A stretch of 64,000 bases of DNA from Bilabrum cf. latius. Taxonomy: Eukaryota. Shown here piece by piece: positions 1-15,000 of the stretch. A model generated the notes under the pieces. It ran no database searches. It saw nothing but the letters and a program-made list of their open reading frames with translations, and was not told the DNA's origin. The stretch is from the NCBI GenBank assembly GCA_965178125.1, contig OZ237763.1, forward strand, positions 434,001-498,000, given 5' to 3'. Within the stretch, counting starts at the first letter, position 1; the number at the start of each line of letters is the position of its first letter. The position numbers and the translations under genes were made by a program.

Positions 1-3000
1 AGCTCTGAGCAGCCCGAAAATTCTCTGCATCGGGGTGGACGGGCACAACCCGTACGATTAGGACTTCGTGCGGGCCTACAACGCCCTTCGCTCGTATGGC
101 TCGAGCTCTGGCCGCGGGTGGTCTGTGTCGTACCACCTGCTGACGCCGTCGAAGCCGCTGTCCAAGACGACCCTAGACAACTACGACGTCATTTTCCTGT
201 ATGATCTTGGGTCGTATTCTCACGACACTTCAACAAGCATGCGTAACTCGTTCTACGCGATAGGAGACTGGTACAACGCCAAGAGAACGAGTGTCGGTGA
301 GGAAGCGTTGTTTGAGGGCTTTATTGGTGCCCCCGCCTTGGGGCGGCCCTGCTGTGTATGGGGTATAATCGCTTACCTGTATATTGGTAGTACGCACTGG
401 TCGTGCGGAGGTCCCGTGTTTCTCCTTGTGTCGCCTTTCGTCCGTTTTGCCGAACGTTCGTTGGGCTTCACATCGCGTCACCGCCGGCACTGCATGGATG
501 GCGCGCGCGCACTCATGCCAGACCCAGACCCAGACCCAGTCCCAGACCTATTTTGCAGGCGATAAACTTCACATCATTTGCGATGGACGGATCATTTCTT
601 CTTGGTGGAAGAGTAGGTGGCAAATTGCCTATAAGTGAGTACCTCTCTACTGCCTATTGTCGCACATGGTAAATGTTATCTGCCAAAGCGTTGAGTAATT
701 ATAATGCTATTTCTAGGACGTAGTAGAAATAGAATTTACTTATCTATTTAACGCAAAGCCTGCTGCTGCACCGGATGCACTGGCCGCACGTCTCACCTAA
801 ACCTCTGCCACGCAGCTACGTGTACGCCATGGTGAAGCGTGGAGGCGGCCTGATTCTTTCTACTGATCATGCGCCGGCATTCGTAGATGGAATAAATTAC
901 GTAAACGCGCGCATCGGCATTGCAGGATTCAGTGGTAACTTCCGGTGAGTCGTCGAGCGGCTCCAAGACTGAGCGTATCGCGTTGAAGCACCGAGCACAC
1001 AGCCGACACGTCCACACTTTCCTTTACAATAATCTCTTACCCAATGCAGTCTCACGTATATCCCCACCGATTCGAACCACGTGATCATGAAGGAGCCGGC
1101 TCAGGCCACATTCTCTGGCAGCACCACGAGGCTGTCAGACGGCCGCACGTTCAACCGCTACCTGTGGGACAACAGCAGCCCCTCGCAGACTCCTTACGGT
1201 CTGCAGTCTAATGGAGCATTCCTGTACAGCGTGGCGTTCCATTCTGGCAACACGCGCACGCCGGGCATTTCCACCACGATCACCGGTGCGCTCAACTTTG
1301 GAGTGAAGATCGACTCGCCCGCGTGCGACCACGTGCACACTCACGGGACCTCAATCACCATCCGAGGCTCGGTGCGCGTGGCTAGTCGCTCGCCGTACAC
1401 GTACAAGTGGTCCAGCGACGTGCAGGGAAACCTCGGCAGCGGCTCTTCCATCTCGGTTTCGACCCTGCGCACCGGCAGGCACATCATCAAGCTCGAGGGC
1501 AGGGACGCCTTCAACTCCCTGGCGATCGCCAACGTGCGCATCTTCGTCAGGAAAGCCGACGGAAACAGCTGCTCGGCCGATGACGATTGCAGGAGCGGCA
1601 ACTGCGTGGACGGCGTGTGCTGCAACGTGGACTCGTGCTCCGGGCACGGCAGGTGCCAGTCCGGCACTGGACGGTGCTTGTGCGACGCTGGCTTTGGCAA
1701 CAGCAAGTGCTCTGGCTGCCTGACCAACTACTACGGCACGAGCTGCAGGTATTGCCTGGCCTCGGAGACATGCTCCGGGCACGGCAGCTGCGCGTCCACC
1801 ACCGGGCTGTGCTCGTGCTCCTCCCCCTGGGAGGGCGGCTCCTGCTCCGAGGGCCCGTTGGCCGTGTGCACGGGCGGGTGGACCGAGTCTAGCGATGGAA
1901 ACAGCTGCTATCTGTACTCTGGCAACGAGGAGGCGGATCGCAAGACGTGGACGGACGCGCAGAGTGCTTGCAGGCAGGCGGGCGGATATCTGGCCACGCT
2001 CGATTCCCTGGCAGAGTCTAACGAGGTGCAGGACCTCTGCGACTCCGGCACCTGCTTCTTTGGCGCAAACGATCGCGGGGCGGAGGGCACGTGGCGCTGG
2101 GACGAGGACGATACGGTCATCTCGGGATCGGTGTACAGCCGCTGGGCGACTGGGCAGCCGGACGACAGCGCTGGATTGCAGGACTGCGGCAGGTATTTCC
2201 CGTCGGGAGAGTGGGACGACAGCCAGTGCACCTCATCGCTGGACTACGTGTGCGAGAAGAGAGCCGAGTGCCCCGCGGGGCAGTACCGCCATTCTGACGG
2301 CAAGTGCAGGAGGTGCAGCGAGGGCACCTACAATCCGTCAGCCGGCGCATCTGGCTGCTTTGCGTGTCCTGCCGGGCGCTACGGCAGCACGACAGGCCTC
2401 ACAAAGCAGGACTGCACCGCGGTGTGCCCCAACGGCCACTTCTGCGTGGCAGGGTCGGCGAATCCTACGAAGTGTCCCGCTGGCACCTACGGTGCCACTA
2501 CTGGGCTGACCACCTCGGCTTGCTCGGGACCGGTCGCGGGAGGGTACTACTCCCTCGCGGGCGAGACCAGCGCCACGCCCAGCGCCAGGAAGTGTGCTGC
2601 CGGCCGATTCGGTGCCGCCAGGTCTGCGGGCGAGAGCGGTCCCACGACCTCCCAGTGCGACGGCCCGTGCTCTGCAGGTTACTACTGCCCCGCCGGTTCG
2701 ACGAGTGACGAGCAGAACGAGTGCGGGGGCAACGACAAGTACTGCCCCGGCGGGTCGGGCAGTGCCACGTCGGTGCCTAGCGGCTGGCGCTCGCTGGGCG
2801 GTGGCAGCGACGGGGACACTAGGACCTCGGTGGCGCAGTGCTCTCTCGGGACTTACTGCGTTGACGGCGTGGCACGCAACTGCCCTGCTGGCAGGTACGC
2901 GGCAAAGCAGGGGCAGAGCTCCTGCGACACGTGCTCGGCGGGCTACTTTTGCCCCGAGGGCTCATCGTCTGCGACCCAGGAGCCGTGCGGTGGAGGCCCC

Positions 3001-6000
3001 AGCGGGACTAGCTTCAACCCAGCGGCCGAGTACTACTGCCCCGCCGGCACGTCCTCTCGTCGGCAGGTGCAGTCGGGCTACTACAGCACGGATCCTGACG
3101 TTCTGGCCACGCGTCGATCAGGCGAGCAGCAGGCGCTGCGAGGGTACGTGGTGGTCAGCGGGCAGAGGGAGGCGGCTGTGTCCTGGCCATTCCAGCGAGA
3201 TGGCCGCGATTTCCCGTGCGGCGGATAGGGGCTGCCAACCGGTGCAGGCGGGACTGCGTTCGGGCCGCCGGCGTCAAACGCGACGCAGTACGGCCGGGTG
3301 TTTGTGCGTGAGGATGCGGTCACTGGCAGCCTTGTGCTGCAGCTGCCCGCCGTGGTGTCCAGCGGCACGGCAGGGGGCGAGACGTCGCTGTCCTCGGTGA
3401 CCTACTCGATCCTGAGCCAGTCCAGGGCTAGCAGCCCTGGCTACGTGGAGGGCGAGGAAGCCGAGGCGGAGCAGACCAAGCTCCTCGCTTAGTGCGCCAA
3501 GACGGAGGAGGACGAGGACCCAGAGGACTGGTTTGCCGCCCAGAAGGTCACTTCCGCCGGCGCGCCTGCCGGCACGAGGGGCGACGGACAGCTGGTCGTG
3601 GGTGCCGACGGACCCATCGATCGAGAATCGTGCGCGCTCTACGACGTGGTGCTGCAGGCCGAGCTGACCTACAAGCCCAAGTCGGACGCCGACGCTACCA
3701 CCTTTGCGGCTCGTTGCGCGCTTCGCGTGTCCCTGATCGACGTGAACGACCCGCCAGAGATCCCCTCGGGGCAGAGCAGGAGCGTGCTCGAGACGGCCAT
3801 GTCCGGCACCAGCGTCGGTGAAGCGATCGAGTTCAGCGACCCTGACGACGGCCAGCAGCTCGCCTTTGAGATCATCGGCGGGAACAGTGACGGCGTCTTC
3901 CGCATCGGGCGCTGCGACGGCAAGCTGACCATCGCCAGGAGCGGCATCCTCGACTACGAGGCTCCTCAGGGCGCTGGGCGGCAGAGGGTGCTCACCATCC
4001 GCGCGACGGACGACGGCACGCCGCAGCTCAGTACCGTGTCCAACGTGACCGTGAATGTGCTTGATGGCCCGGAGCCCCCCGTCCCGCGGAACGCCAGCGG
4101 CGAGTGGGCCTTTAGCATCGCAGAGGACGCCGTGGTGGACGCCGTGGTCGGCACCGTGTGGGCCTCTGACGCGGATGCCGGTGACGTGCTCACCTGGTCC
4201 ATCGCGCGGGAGGCCTTTGCCGGGAACCCTGCCGCCGGGCCAGTGTTCAAGATCAACGGGACCACCGGGGCGATTTATCTGGCCCGCGCTCGGGCGCTGG
4301 ACCACGAGACGGCTGCAGGTTCCGAGCACAGCCTGCTGGTTCGGATCAGGGATTCCACGCCGAGCGTGTTTGCCGGCCGTGACACCAACGGTGACGGTGT
4401 GCTCGAGTCGGAATCGGACCTACAAGCTCTCGAGTCGCTGGTAGAGGTCACGATCAGGGCCAGCAACGCCGAGGAAGCGCCCCTGCTGCCTCCCGACGCG
4501 TCGCAGGGGGAGGAAAGCCGAGAGTGGCCCGAGGAGCAGCAGGCCGTGTCCCTCTTTGTGATGGAGAACGCGCTCGATGGGACCTCGGCCGGCTCCGTGG
4601 TGGCCCTGGATCAGGATATCCGCTCGAGGGGAGACTCGATCACCTACACGATGCCCAACGACGCGGACGGCCGGTTCGAGATCGATTCGTCGACCGGCGT
4701 CATCTCGGTCGCCAGCGGTCAGGGAGGCCGCGCCGGCGGCCGCCTGAACGCCGAAGAGGCGGAGTTTTACGTGGTGGGCGTGGTCGCCACAGACAACACC
4801 CCCATCGCCCCCCTCGTCGGCTCGCAGTCCTACCGTATCACGCTTCGCAACGTGAACGAGCCGCCTCGTCCGTCCGAGGGCGTGGATGCCACGATCGCCC
4901 GAACGGTTCCGGAGTCCACGGACGTAACGAGACCCAACGACGCCGGCAGGGCCGTTGGCATTCCTCTGCTGGAGAGCGTCGTGGACGAGGAGGGCCAGGC
5001 CATGACATTCCGCATCATCGCTGCGAATCCCGCGGCGGGACTGGACATCTTTGCACTGTCGCAGCAGAGCAACGGCAACGAGAGCGTGTCTTCCAGCGGT
5101 CAGATCATCATCAAGCGGGCGCTGCTCGACGCCGAGAGCCAGTCCAGGTACACGCTGACCGTGCGGGCCACGGATACGGGCAGGCCGGCGGCGTACGCCG
5201 ATCTGGCGGTGGCCATCGACGTGACTTCGCTCAACGAGCCGCCTCGGCGGGCCACTGTATCGCCGGGGTACGGCGCGAGCATTGGAACCTCGGTGGGCGC
5301 CCAGCCCGCGGGCATGTGGGTCCTCAACCTGACCGAGGGATCGCTGGCCGGCGGCGTCGCTGGTGCGGACGGATTCGAGTCGGTGGATGCCGGCATCGTG
5401 TGCAACGACGTGGACGTGGGCGACGTGGTGCGCTACCGCGAGCTCTTGCCCGAGGAGCACGGGCCGCTGCGGGCGGTGCTGGGCGTGGATGCTTCCGACC
5501 TGCTTCCGTCCAACGTAGCGGCTGCTCTCAAGGCAGCGGGCAAGGTGCGGCTCGGCACCAATGCCACCGGGTCCAGCGTGCCTGGCGTCGTGTCTGAGCA
5601 GGAGGACGACGGAGGGCCCATGTTTGAGGTGGACGCATCCTCCGGCGCGGTCCGGCTGTCTGCCTCCGCGAGGTCACCCAACCACGAGGAGGACGGCGGG
5701 AACGTGTTCGCCGTTGGGGCTCGCTGCAGGGACCAGGCCGGTTTGTTTGATGACGTGGTCGGACTAATCGTGGTGACTGACAGGCTCGAGCCCCCGCGGA
5801 TCTCCAGCTCTGCGGAGGTATCTCTCGGTGAGCGGTCCACCCCGGGCACGGCCGTGGGAGCGCCCGTGCTGGCGCCGGATGACGACATTGGAGAGACCGT
5901 TACGTTTACTCTGCAGGGGAGCTCGCTAGTGACGCAGCTCTTCTCTGTCGACTCGACCAGCGGCGTGGTGTCGGTCAAGGCCGGTGCGGACGAGAATTTG

Positions 6001-9000
6001 ATCGTGAAGGGTGACACCCACGAGATTTTCGTGACGGCCACCGACTCGTCGGGGCTGGCGTCGTCAACTTCCATCGCCGTGACCGTGGTGGACGCCAACT
6101 TCCCCCCTGAAATCAGCGTTCCCGCCCTCTCCTCCCTCTCGGCCGTGGCTGAGGACGCGGGGGTGGGCACCATTGTGATCAGTTCCTTGTCGGCGACCGA
6201 TGACGACGGTCACGGTTTCGAGTGGTTCGTGGATGGCGAAAGCAGCGAATCGCCGTTCGCCGTGGACGCTTCGAGCGGGCGAGTGACGATCCGAGACTCG
6301 GGCAGCCTCGATTTCGAGACGGCGGCTTCAAGCGATGGCACCAAGTACGTCGAGCTCAAGGTGTTGGCGAGAGACGACGGGCCCGGGGAGCTCGAAGGCA
6401 GGGCCACGATCCGCATCCCGCTGCAAGACGCCCCCGAACCGCCGAGGCTGCCGGCCTCCTTTGCCTTCGTGATTGCGCAGCTGGAGAACGTCACTGCCGG
6501 TTCCCTCCCCGGCGACAGCACTGTGCTGGGCACGGTTCCATTCTCCGACGACGACGCGGACGACGTGGTGAGCCTGCGGCTGGAGGCTTGCACTGCCGCA
6601 GACATCGCGGCGGCTCCCTCGAGCTGGGACCCGCGCCAGGGAGCCGGGCACTTTGCTGTGGTGGATGCTGGGGACGGCGGGGGCGAGGACGGTCCCCGTG
6701 GCCCTCTTCGCCTGAGGATCGACGCTTCATCGGGACGGCTCTTTGCCGTTGGAGACACTATGGACTACGAGAGGAATGAGACCGTGACCGAGATGCCCGA
6801 GAGGTCGATCATCACCGTGGTGGGGCGCGATACGGCGGGGCAGGAGACTCGCACGGTCGTCGCGATCCACGCGCTAAACACGAACGAGCCGCCGTCCGTT
6901 TCGTTCTTGGACGGCATCGGCCCCAGCCTGGCAGCCGCTGCTGAGGTGCCGGAGGATACCGCGGCGGGGACTCGCGTGGCCACTCTGCTGAGTGCTGATG
7001 ACGACGTCGCCTCCAGGTCCAACCGCCTGACCTTCCGGATCCTGGCAGTAGACGGCCGCGATGTCACCAACTTGTCGGTGCCGTACGTGTCACCGGGCAA
7101 CGGCGGGGACGACGCCCGCGACCCCGATCCGGCCAGCCTGTTTGATCTCGAGCCCGAGAACGGAAACGTCCGGCTGGCTCGGGAGCTGGACTTTGAAAAC
7201 AGGCAGTGGCACGTGCTTGACGTGGAGCTGGCGGACAACGACTACGAGCGGCCGCTAGTCGTAACAACCCGCGTGTTTGTGCGCGTGGGGGACGTGAATG
7301 ATGTGGTGGTCGAGCGCATGACTGGCGCGCTCGTGCACTCGACGAGAGGCACCGACTCTGTCGCTCTGGTTGGCAGCAACCTTGGGTGGTCCGCCTCGGC
7401 GCTGGCAAGGGCAGCGGCAGCCTCCAGCGACGAAGAGAAGACGCTCTTTGGTGCCCCCGCGGATACCGCTGCATCGCTGGCCGATGTGACGTACGCCAGG
7501 ATCGATTCGGTTGCAACCGAACTCTCTCGGTTGGAGGAACAGGATGCGGCCGAGCTGGCCGGCAGGGAGCCGGCATACGTCGCCCCGACACTGGTGTCTT
7601 TGCCGCTGTACAACGCCACCACGCAGTGCGCGTACAGCGCTGCTTCTGATTCTCTCACGTGCGGGGTCCTGCCGGGCGCAGGAGGGCCCCTAGCCTGGAG
7701 GGTGTGCGTGAGGTAGCAATGCTTCACAACGGACCCGCATCTCGAACTGGGCGCCGGCGCGGCAGCCGAAGACTAGAGCGGGAATGCCACTGTTCCTGCC
7801 ACGGGGTTCCCTGGAATCGGCACCCGGTACATGGCCCCGATCATCGGCTCCGTCCAGTGCAACGGGGACGGCATGGTGCGGGAAATCGCGGACCCAGACG
7901 AAGTCGTTATGTCGCAGGGGCTGTCGCCCGGCGATGAAATCCGGGTGCTGCCTTCTGCCGGGAGGGCGACTTGCGTCCTTTTGGGGCAGGAGTTTGGTCC
8001 CACGGACTACTCGGCATCGGTGCGGGTGCTGACCAGGCGCACCCTGGCAGAGGGTGCCTGGGGAACGATCGGGCCGGTAGACGCCGCCGCTGCCGTTGAC
8101 ATGGTGCTGGACCAGAGCGGGGACGGGATCCAGTTTGCGGGCGGCGATGGCGTGGTAGCCATGCAGGCAGGCCGGTGCTCCGTTTCCTAGGCGCACGAGC
8201 GCATCACGTGCGAGCTGAGTTCCCCTGCCGGTGCCGGCGTGAATCTTTTCTGGGCCGCCGCCATCGAGGGGCAGTCGTCCGCAGCAACGCGGGGTGACAC
8301 TGCCGCCGGTTCCGGCCGGTTCCAGCGGCCCGTGGTTCGATCGATCGCGCTGCAGAAGACAGACGATGAGGAGACCGGGGCGGTGTCGATTGCGACCGCC
8401 GGCACTCGCGGTGGCTCGAGCGCGCAGCTGGTGCTCCGGGGCGAGGGGCTCGGGCATCGCACCGCAGTGGTCGAGGTGCTGGCTCTGGCCCCGCCCAAGG
8501 GACTCTAGCCTGGATTCTTGCTGGCAGGAGCCGGCAGCGTTCCCAGTGATCAGGTGGAGGATGGCTTCCTGGTCGACGAGTCGATGCCAGCTTGTCCAAC
8601 GACCGTATATGCACCGAGGCTGCTGCTGAACGGCAGCGCGCTGGCGGGCTGGGCGCACGCTCGATCGCACGCGGGCCTGGTGCCTGCGGGGAGCAACCCC
8701 TGGCCTTGGCTCGTGTCCACCTCGTGCTCCGTGACGGTGCCTCACACCGAAGTGCAGTGCAGCTTGCCGGAGGGGGCGGGCCAGAACCTAGAGGCGAGGC
8801 TTCTTGTGGCGGGCGCCTGGGCCAGGTTCCAGCCTGACGGTGATGCCGCAGCTCCTGCCACGAATGGGTCTGACGCTGTGGCCGGCACAGAGTGCAGCCC
8901 TAGCACGAGCGGCCAGGGTACCGTGGACGAGGGCGTGAAGGCGCTGCTGCTGTCGTACGATGCTCCGGTTCTCCACAGCGTGGATGGCACGGGTACGCAG

Positions 9001-12000
9001 GGCGGAAGCACCTGGGGTGGCCAGCCATTCGCGCTGAGGGGAGACTCCCTTGGACCACCCCTGGAGCGGCTACCGGCCACCATGCGCGCCATGCGGGTCA
9101 GCTATGGGCCGTACGAAGGCGCGAGATCGTTCGAGGGAATCGATTGCGTGGTGGCGTCTGCGCACACTGTGGTGTCGTGCTTGACCGCCCGCGGCGTGGG
9201 GCAGCGGCTGAGGTACAGGCTGACGGCTGCCGGTCACGCGAGTGAAATCCTGCCCACTGATGCTCGATACGCGGCCCCTGCTGTGTTCAAGTACGACGGC
9301 GAAGGCGCGGAGGACGCGCCAACGGAGGGCGGCTCTCTCGTCATTCTCTCGGGCGAGTCGTTCGGGTTCGAGACGAGGTTCATCGAGCAGGTGCGGTACA
9401 GCGCGCTAGATGAGGGAGAGACGGGCTCCGATGGTGCCGAAGCAGCGGCGTTCCACGCGTGGGGCTGCAACATCACCAAGCCCGATGTGGAGCTCTCCTG
9501 CTACACGGAGCAGGGGGCGGGCGGGGGACTCAAGTGGGCGGTGTGGGCCGGGCGCCAGAAGTCCGTGCAGCCTACCACCAGCTACGCGCGACCCGCCGTG
9601 CAGCACTTGGATGGACCCGGCGCTGGCGATGCTGCGACTGCGGGCGGGTAGCTCGTGGTGATTCGGGGGTCTGATTTCGGACCCCCGCTGCCGCTCGGAG
9701 CTCCCGCACCGCCGCTCGACTCGGGCGTGGGCTCCAACTCTTCCGATGCTGATGCCGAGGACGTTGCCGTTGTGCACCCGTCGGCTGCCCAATCGATCGA
9801 AGTGAACGGCACGAGGCCGTTCCTGAGAGAGGTGCGATACGGTCCCACCGGAGTAGAGTACCTCGCAGACCGCTGCCTCGTGCGGTCGCATTCCATGGCG
9901 GAGTGCCTCACAGTCCCCTCTGTCGGCTCGGAGCTGCGATGGACCATGCGCGTGGAAGGCAGGACGAGCGAGCTGTCCGTGGTGACGAGTGCAACTTCCC
10001 CTGCCGGGCTGGTGTCTGCCTCTAGGCTCCAAGGCGACACGATCGGCGACGGGCGCGACACTATCGAGCTGTTCGCAACCGACCTGGCGAGCGAGGACCC
10101 CGAGGCTGAGGTGGTGTTGGTCTGGGGACAGGGCACGCCGCAGGAGCAGGTGCTTCAGGCGACCACTCCTGCCTTTGTCATGTACCGAGCCGGCAGTACC
10201 GAAAGGATCTTTGAGCAGGCCGGCGAGGGAACGATTCCCTCTGGGCCCGTGGGTAGCACCAACAGCAGTGCCAATGCCACCGATCCCGCTTCCCCATCCG
10301 AAAGCGGACCGGAACCACTCGGTGCTCCCAGTGACGAAGCTGTGGCGCTGGGCATGTGGAACAGGGAGCGCGATCTAGAAGCGGTCCGCTTCACCGTGCC
10401 CCAGGGCCAGGGTACTGGCATCCCCGTCGCTGTCGTCGTTCGCCGCGCCGGAGCTGCCATCGGCTCTTCGTCTGCCGTGCAGGCGGCTGGCGACGCCTTG
10501 TCTTTCTCCTACAGAAAGCCGGTCATCTCCGAAGTGGTGGTCAAAGAGCTCGAGGACGAGTCTACGGGGATCCCGACAGGGGAGCGGGAGATCGAGGTTA
10601 TCGGGACCTCGTTCGGTCCTTCGCCCTCGGTGCTCTTGGATGAGATCCCGCAGGCGCTCGTGCTGGCCAGCCACGAGAAGGCGGTCCTCAGGACGAGTTC
10701 CCTCCAGGGCTCCTTGCAGGTGCTTGCCGGTGGCCAGGCATCCGAGCCGGTCTCCTTCTCCGATCTCAGTCCTCGAATCGATGCGCTCACTGATGATGCT
10801 GGCCTGCCTCCGGTGTTCCGCACAGAGGGTGGCGAGCTGCTTCGGCTGCGGGGCAAGCACTTTGGTACCAGCGAAGGTGCGATTGCCTTGCTGTCAGTGT
10901 CGGTCAGCGACGACCCGTGCCGGCTGGCAGATCCGGTGCAGGACGGCATGCAGGCAATCATCGACATCGACCCGGTGCAGAAGCTGCAGGAACTGCGCTG
11001 CTTCGTGCCGCCGGGCCAGGGGCTCGGCCAGGACGTGAGAGTCATCAGGGGAGCGCAGTCCTCTGTGGCGGCTCAGATCGACTACCAGCCGCCGGCGCTG
11101 AGCGCAGCTCCGTCGCCTGCCCCGCTGTCGACTACAGGCGGGTACGTCGAGCTGAACGGGGACAACCTGGGCAAGGGAGACCTGCGGTCAGCCTATCTGG
11201 AATCGCCCCACTTTGGGCTGGTGCAGCTGGACCTGTTCAACGAGCCAGCGGAGCTGTGGCAGAGCCACGCGGATCTCCTCTTTGGGTCTTCCGATGACCC
11301 TTCCTCGGACACCTTCGGGGGTCTGCCTGTCGGCGGTAGCACATCCAATGCTACAGATGCTGGTGCAAACGAAACGGCAGTGGATCTGCCGCCGAGGCCC
11401 ACCGTGACAGCCCGCGCCGTCGATCCCCATAGGGTCATCCGCGCTTTCCTACCGTCGGGTGGAGTTGGCGTTGCTGTGATCCGGCTGGACGTGGACGGTC
11501 AGGTAAACGACCCAGACAGCGAGGGCGACGCTGCCACGCTTCAGTTCGCACCTCCGCAGATTCACGCCGTCACGGCCGAGCTGGACACGGAGGGTGGCGT
11601 GGTCGAGATTGACGGTCTGGGCTTCGGTTCGCCTGACCTGGTGCAGCCCGGAGGTTTCCTGGATGCCATCCGTCCTATCGTGCACATCGGCACCACCCCG
11701 TGTCTCGTGGGCGATGACGACTGGTCCGACACCCACATCCGGTGCATGGCACCCCCTGGTGAGGGTGCCGACTACGCGGTGTCCGTCGAGGTGGCCGAGC
11801 AGCAGGCCACGGGACCCGACGGCGTGTCGATGCCATCAGCACGTATCTCGTACAGGGAACCCGAAGTTGGAAGCATCGCCCCGCTGCAGGGACCAAGCGA
11901 GGGCGGCTACAATCTCACCATTCGGGGTTCGAACCTGGGCTTGGACCCAAGGCTGTTCTTCGTGTCAACAGGCGTGAACCACGCAGAGTTGTATGCCGCG

Positions 12001-15000
12001 CAAACGGGCGGCGACGTATCGTTTGAGGCGCAGACCCTGATCGAAGAGATCCATTCAACCGTATCATCGGTTGCTGGCGCCCTGCTCGAGCACATTCCAG
12101 AGTGCACTGCAGGCGGGGCCGGCCTGGGCGGGCCTGCTGCTCCGCGTGATGACGCTGGCTTTGACGAATCGCCCCAGTACCTGCTACCTCTCCTCAGCAC
12201 CGACTCGCTCGACTATGACGTCAGAGTGACGTCATCGGCGGTGCACCGCGTGTCAGACACCGAGGTGGTGGCCGTGGTGCCCAGCATGCAGGGCTCGCCA
12301 AAGGTGCCAGTCCTGGTGGCGGGATGCAGGCCGTCGGTCCTCGGCGGGGTGTCAACAACGGCACGCCGTGAGCGGCGTGCCCAGGAATCAGGACCTGCAT
12401 CTGGTGCGGTGCTGGCGGCAGCTAGTGCCCTGCTCAGGATCCCTCCGCCGCGAGTGCTGGCCTTGTCGCCCGCTGTGCTGCCCACGGACCGATGCACGGT
12501 GCTCACGGTGTACGGCAGCTCGCTGGGGATCGACAGGACGATCGTGCTGCGATCCACACAGTGGACGGGCCTCGTGGCGGACGGGGGCGTGGGCTCACCA
12601 GGAGTACCCACGCCGTCCTCGTCCAGCGCCCGACTCGAGACCATGGAGCTCGAGTGCAAGCCTCTGGACTAGGGACACGTGGATGGCACCATGCTGACCG
12701 ATGCCGGACTCCGGACTCCTGCCTCCGCTGCGGCAGGAACTGCGGCAGAGCTTGCGATGGGTCTCGCAGACGCGGCCCAGGAAGAGTGGGAGAGAGAGGG
12801 TACCCTCGCCACCATGCGAGAGAGGGAGGACGACCGTCTCTCGAGCGCTCAGTACATCGAAGAAACAGACCGATTCGTGGGCTTGCATCCGTCGCAGTGG
12901 CCCGCGTCTACCGTTGCCGTGCGCTGCGTGGTCCCGGGTGGCATGGGCAGTGCCGTCGAGGTGGCGGTTCGATCCGCGGCTGGACTCGAAACTTCGCTCG
13001 GCGGTGCGAGCATCGACCCAGCGTACGACCACGCCGCGGCCCCTGCTCACGACGATGCTCTAGGCAGCATGATGGCGCCGCCTTTGCCTACCACGGACGG
13101 CCTGCCTTTCTTACCTCATGTGGGCGCTAGCGTGGGACTGGTCGGCGAGGGGTGGACCGGCGTGGCGCCCGTGCCCGTGCTTCGCTTCGTGCGCCCGACC
13201 CTGGGGACCATCTCCCCGCGTATCCCGGATGCTGTCGGCGAGAACGTAGTGATCTACGGCACCAACCTCGGAGTCGCTCCTGCCTCAGAACGGTCTCTCG
13301 CAGCGGCCGCCTCGCTTCGTGGAGGATCCAGGGCCGACGGGACCGTCCCGAGCGACTACTGGCGGCCTAGTTTGGACCTGTCTATGGTGGAGGAGGACCC
13401 ATCCGCGAGCGGGAACGATCCCTCGGCCTGGGGCTGCTACGTGGCGCAGGGCTTCTTCGACAGCGCTGCGCCCGTCGTGTCGGCTGGAAACCTGACCTGT
13501 GAGGAGCCAGAGCTGGTCGCACCGAGCCGATTCGATCCCGCGCCTCAGATCCGCTGTTCCCTGCAGGAGTCCACCGTTGGCGGGCACCTGCTCGAAGTGT
13601 AGGTGGCGATGCAGACCACGAGTTGGAGCAGGGCCCGCTTCCTGCGTGAGTGCAAAGAGGGCTGGTACGGCATCAACAACGAGACGTGCCTGGAGTGCCC
13701 CGACGGAGGCACGTGCGAGGGCGCGCAGCTTGATCCCTATGCTCAAGTTGGATGGTGGCGCAGCTACGCCGATGTGCCCACCAGCTTGTGCCCTAACGAG
13801 CGCCAGGAGTACCGTGACGAGTGCCCGCACCTTGAGCCATGCATCCCGCCCGAGGCATGCCTTGCAAACAACACGTGCGCTGGGCCATACCAGGGCGAGC
13901 GCTGCCTGCAGTGCACGCTGGGGTACTACAGGCGGGACGGTGGCTGCGTGGAGTGTCCCGACAACGCGTGGGTCCTGCTCGTTGTGTTTGGGGTTGGAGC
14001 CATTGGCCTTGCGATCGCGGGCTACGTGCTGTCCAGCAAGCGATTCAACATGCAGCTGGCCAGCATCTCGGTGGACTACTTTGCTGCTCTCGGCATCTTC
14101 AGCACGTTGCGGCACGTGGCGTGGCCCCCGTTCCTGGCCGACGTCTTCCGCATCATGTCTGCGTTCATGTTCCGGATCGACGTGGTGACGATCCCCGAGT
14201 GCTCGTTCAGCAGCGTGACATTCGAGGCCAAGTTCTTCTTCATCGTGCTGGTGCCGGTGCTGGCGGCATTCATGCTCTTCCTCGCTACGTGCTGCAAGTG
14301 GGCGTACGAGAACCTGTGCAAAGGGCAGGTCCTTAAGTGTGAGGACCTGTGGCGGGGCTTTCCCTCTCTGCTGCTGACCATGCTCTACTACCTCTTCCTC
14401 CTGGAGGCCTACTCGACCATGGCCATCTTCGCCTGCGAGCCCTCACAGCCCCCCACACCTGACGGCTCCACGTATGTGGAACTGGACGAGGTGGAGAGGT
14501 GCTGGCAGCCGGGCACTACCCAGATGTTCCTGCTCCCATTCGCGCTCGCGGGGCTGCTCGTGTATGTGATCGCCTACCCTGCCATGCTGCTGTGGGCGCT
14601 GTGGACGAGGAAGGACATCATCTACAAGGACAGGATGCTGCACTGCATGGGCTTCGATGAAGACGCCGTGCGGATCCTGGACAAGGACGCTGCAGCTCTC
14701 CGTGCCAACTTTGGCAGGATGTACTCGTACTTCAGACCGGAGACGTGGTATTGGGTGGGCGTGCTGCTGGCCAGGAAGGGCATCCTGGCCCTGTGCGTGG
14801 TGGCCATGACCAGCACACCTGCTTTCCAACTGGCCTTCATGCTGCTGACGTTCTTCGTCGCATACCTCCTGCAGCTGAGGTACAGGCCCTTCCTGACGGA
14901 CGCAGACAAGGCCGTGGTGCTGTACCGTCACGAGGTGCTTGCACGGCGTGGTGCCCCCGATTCGCTGCACGCAAAGGTGCAGGCTGAGATCGAGGCGAGC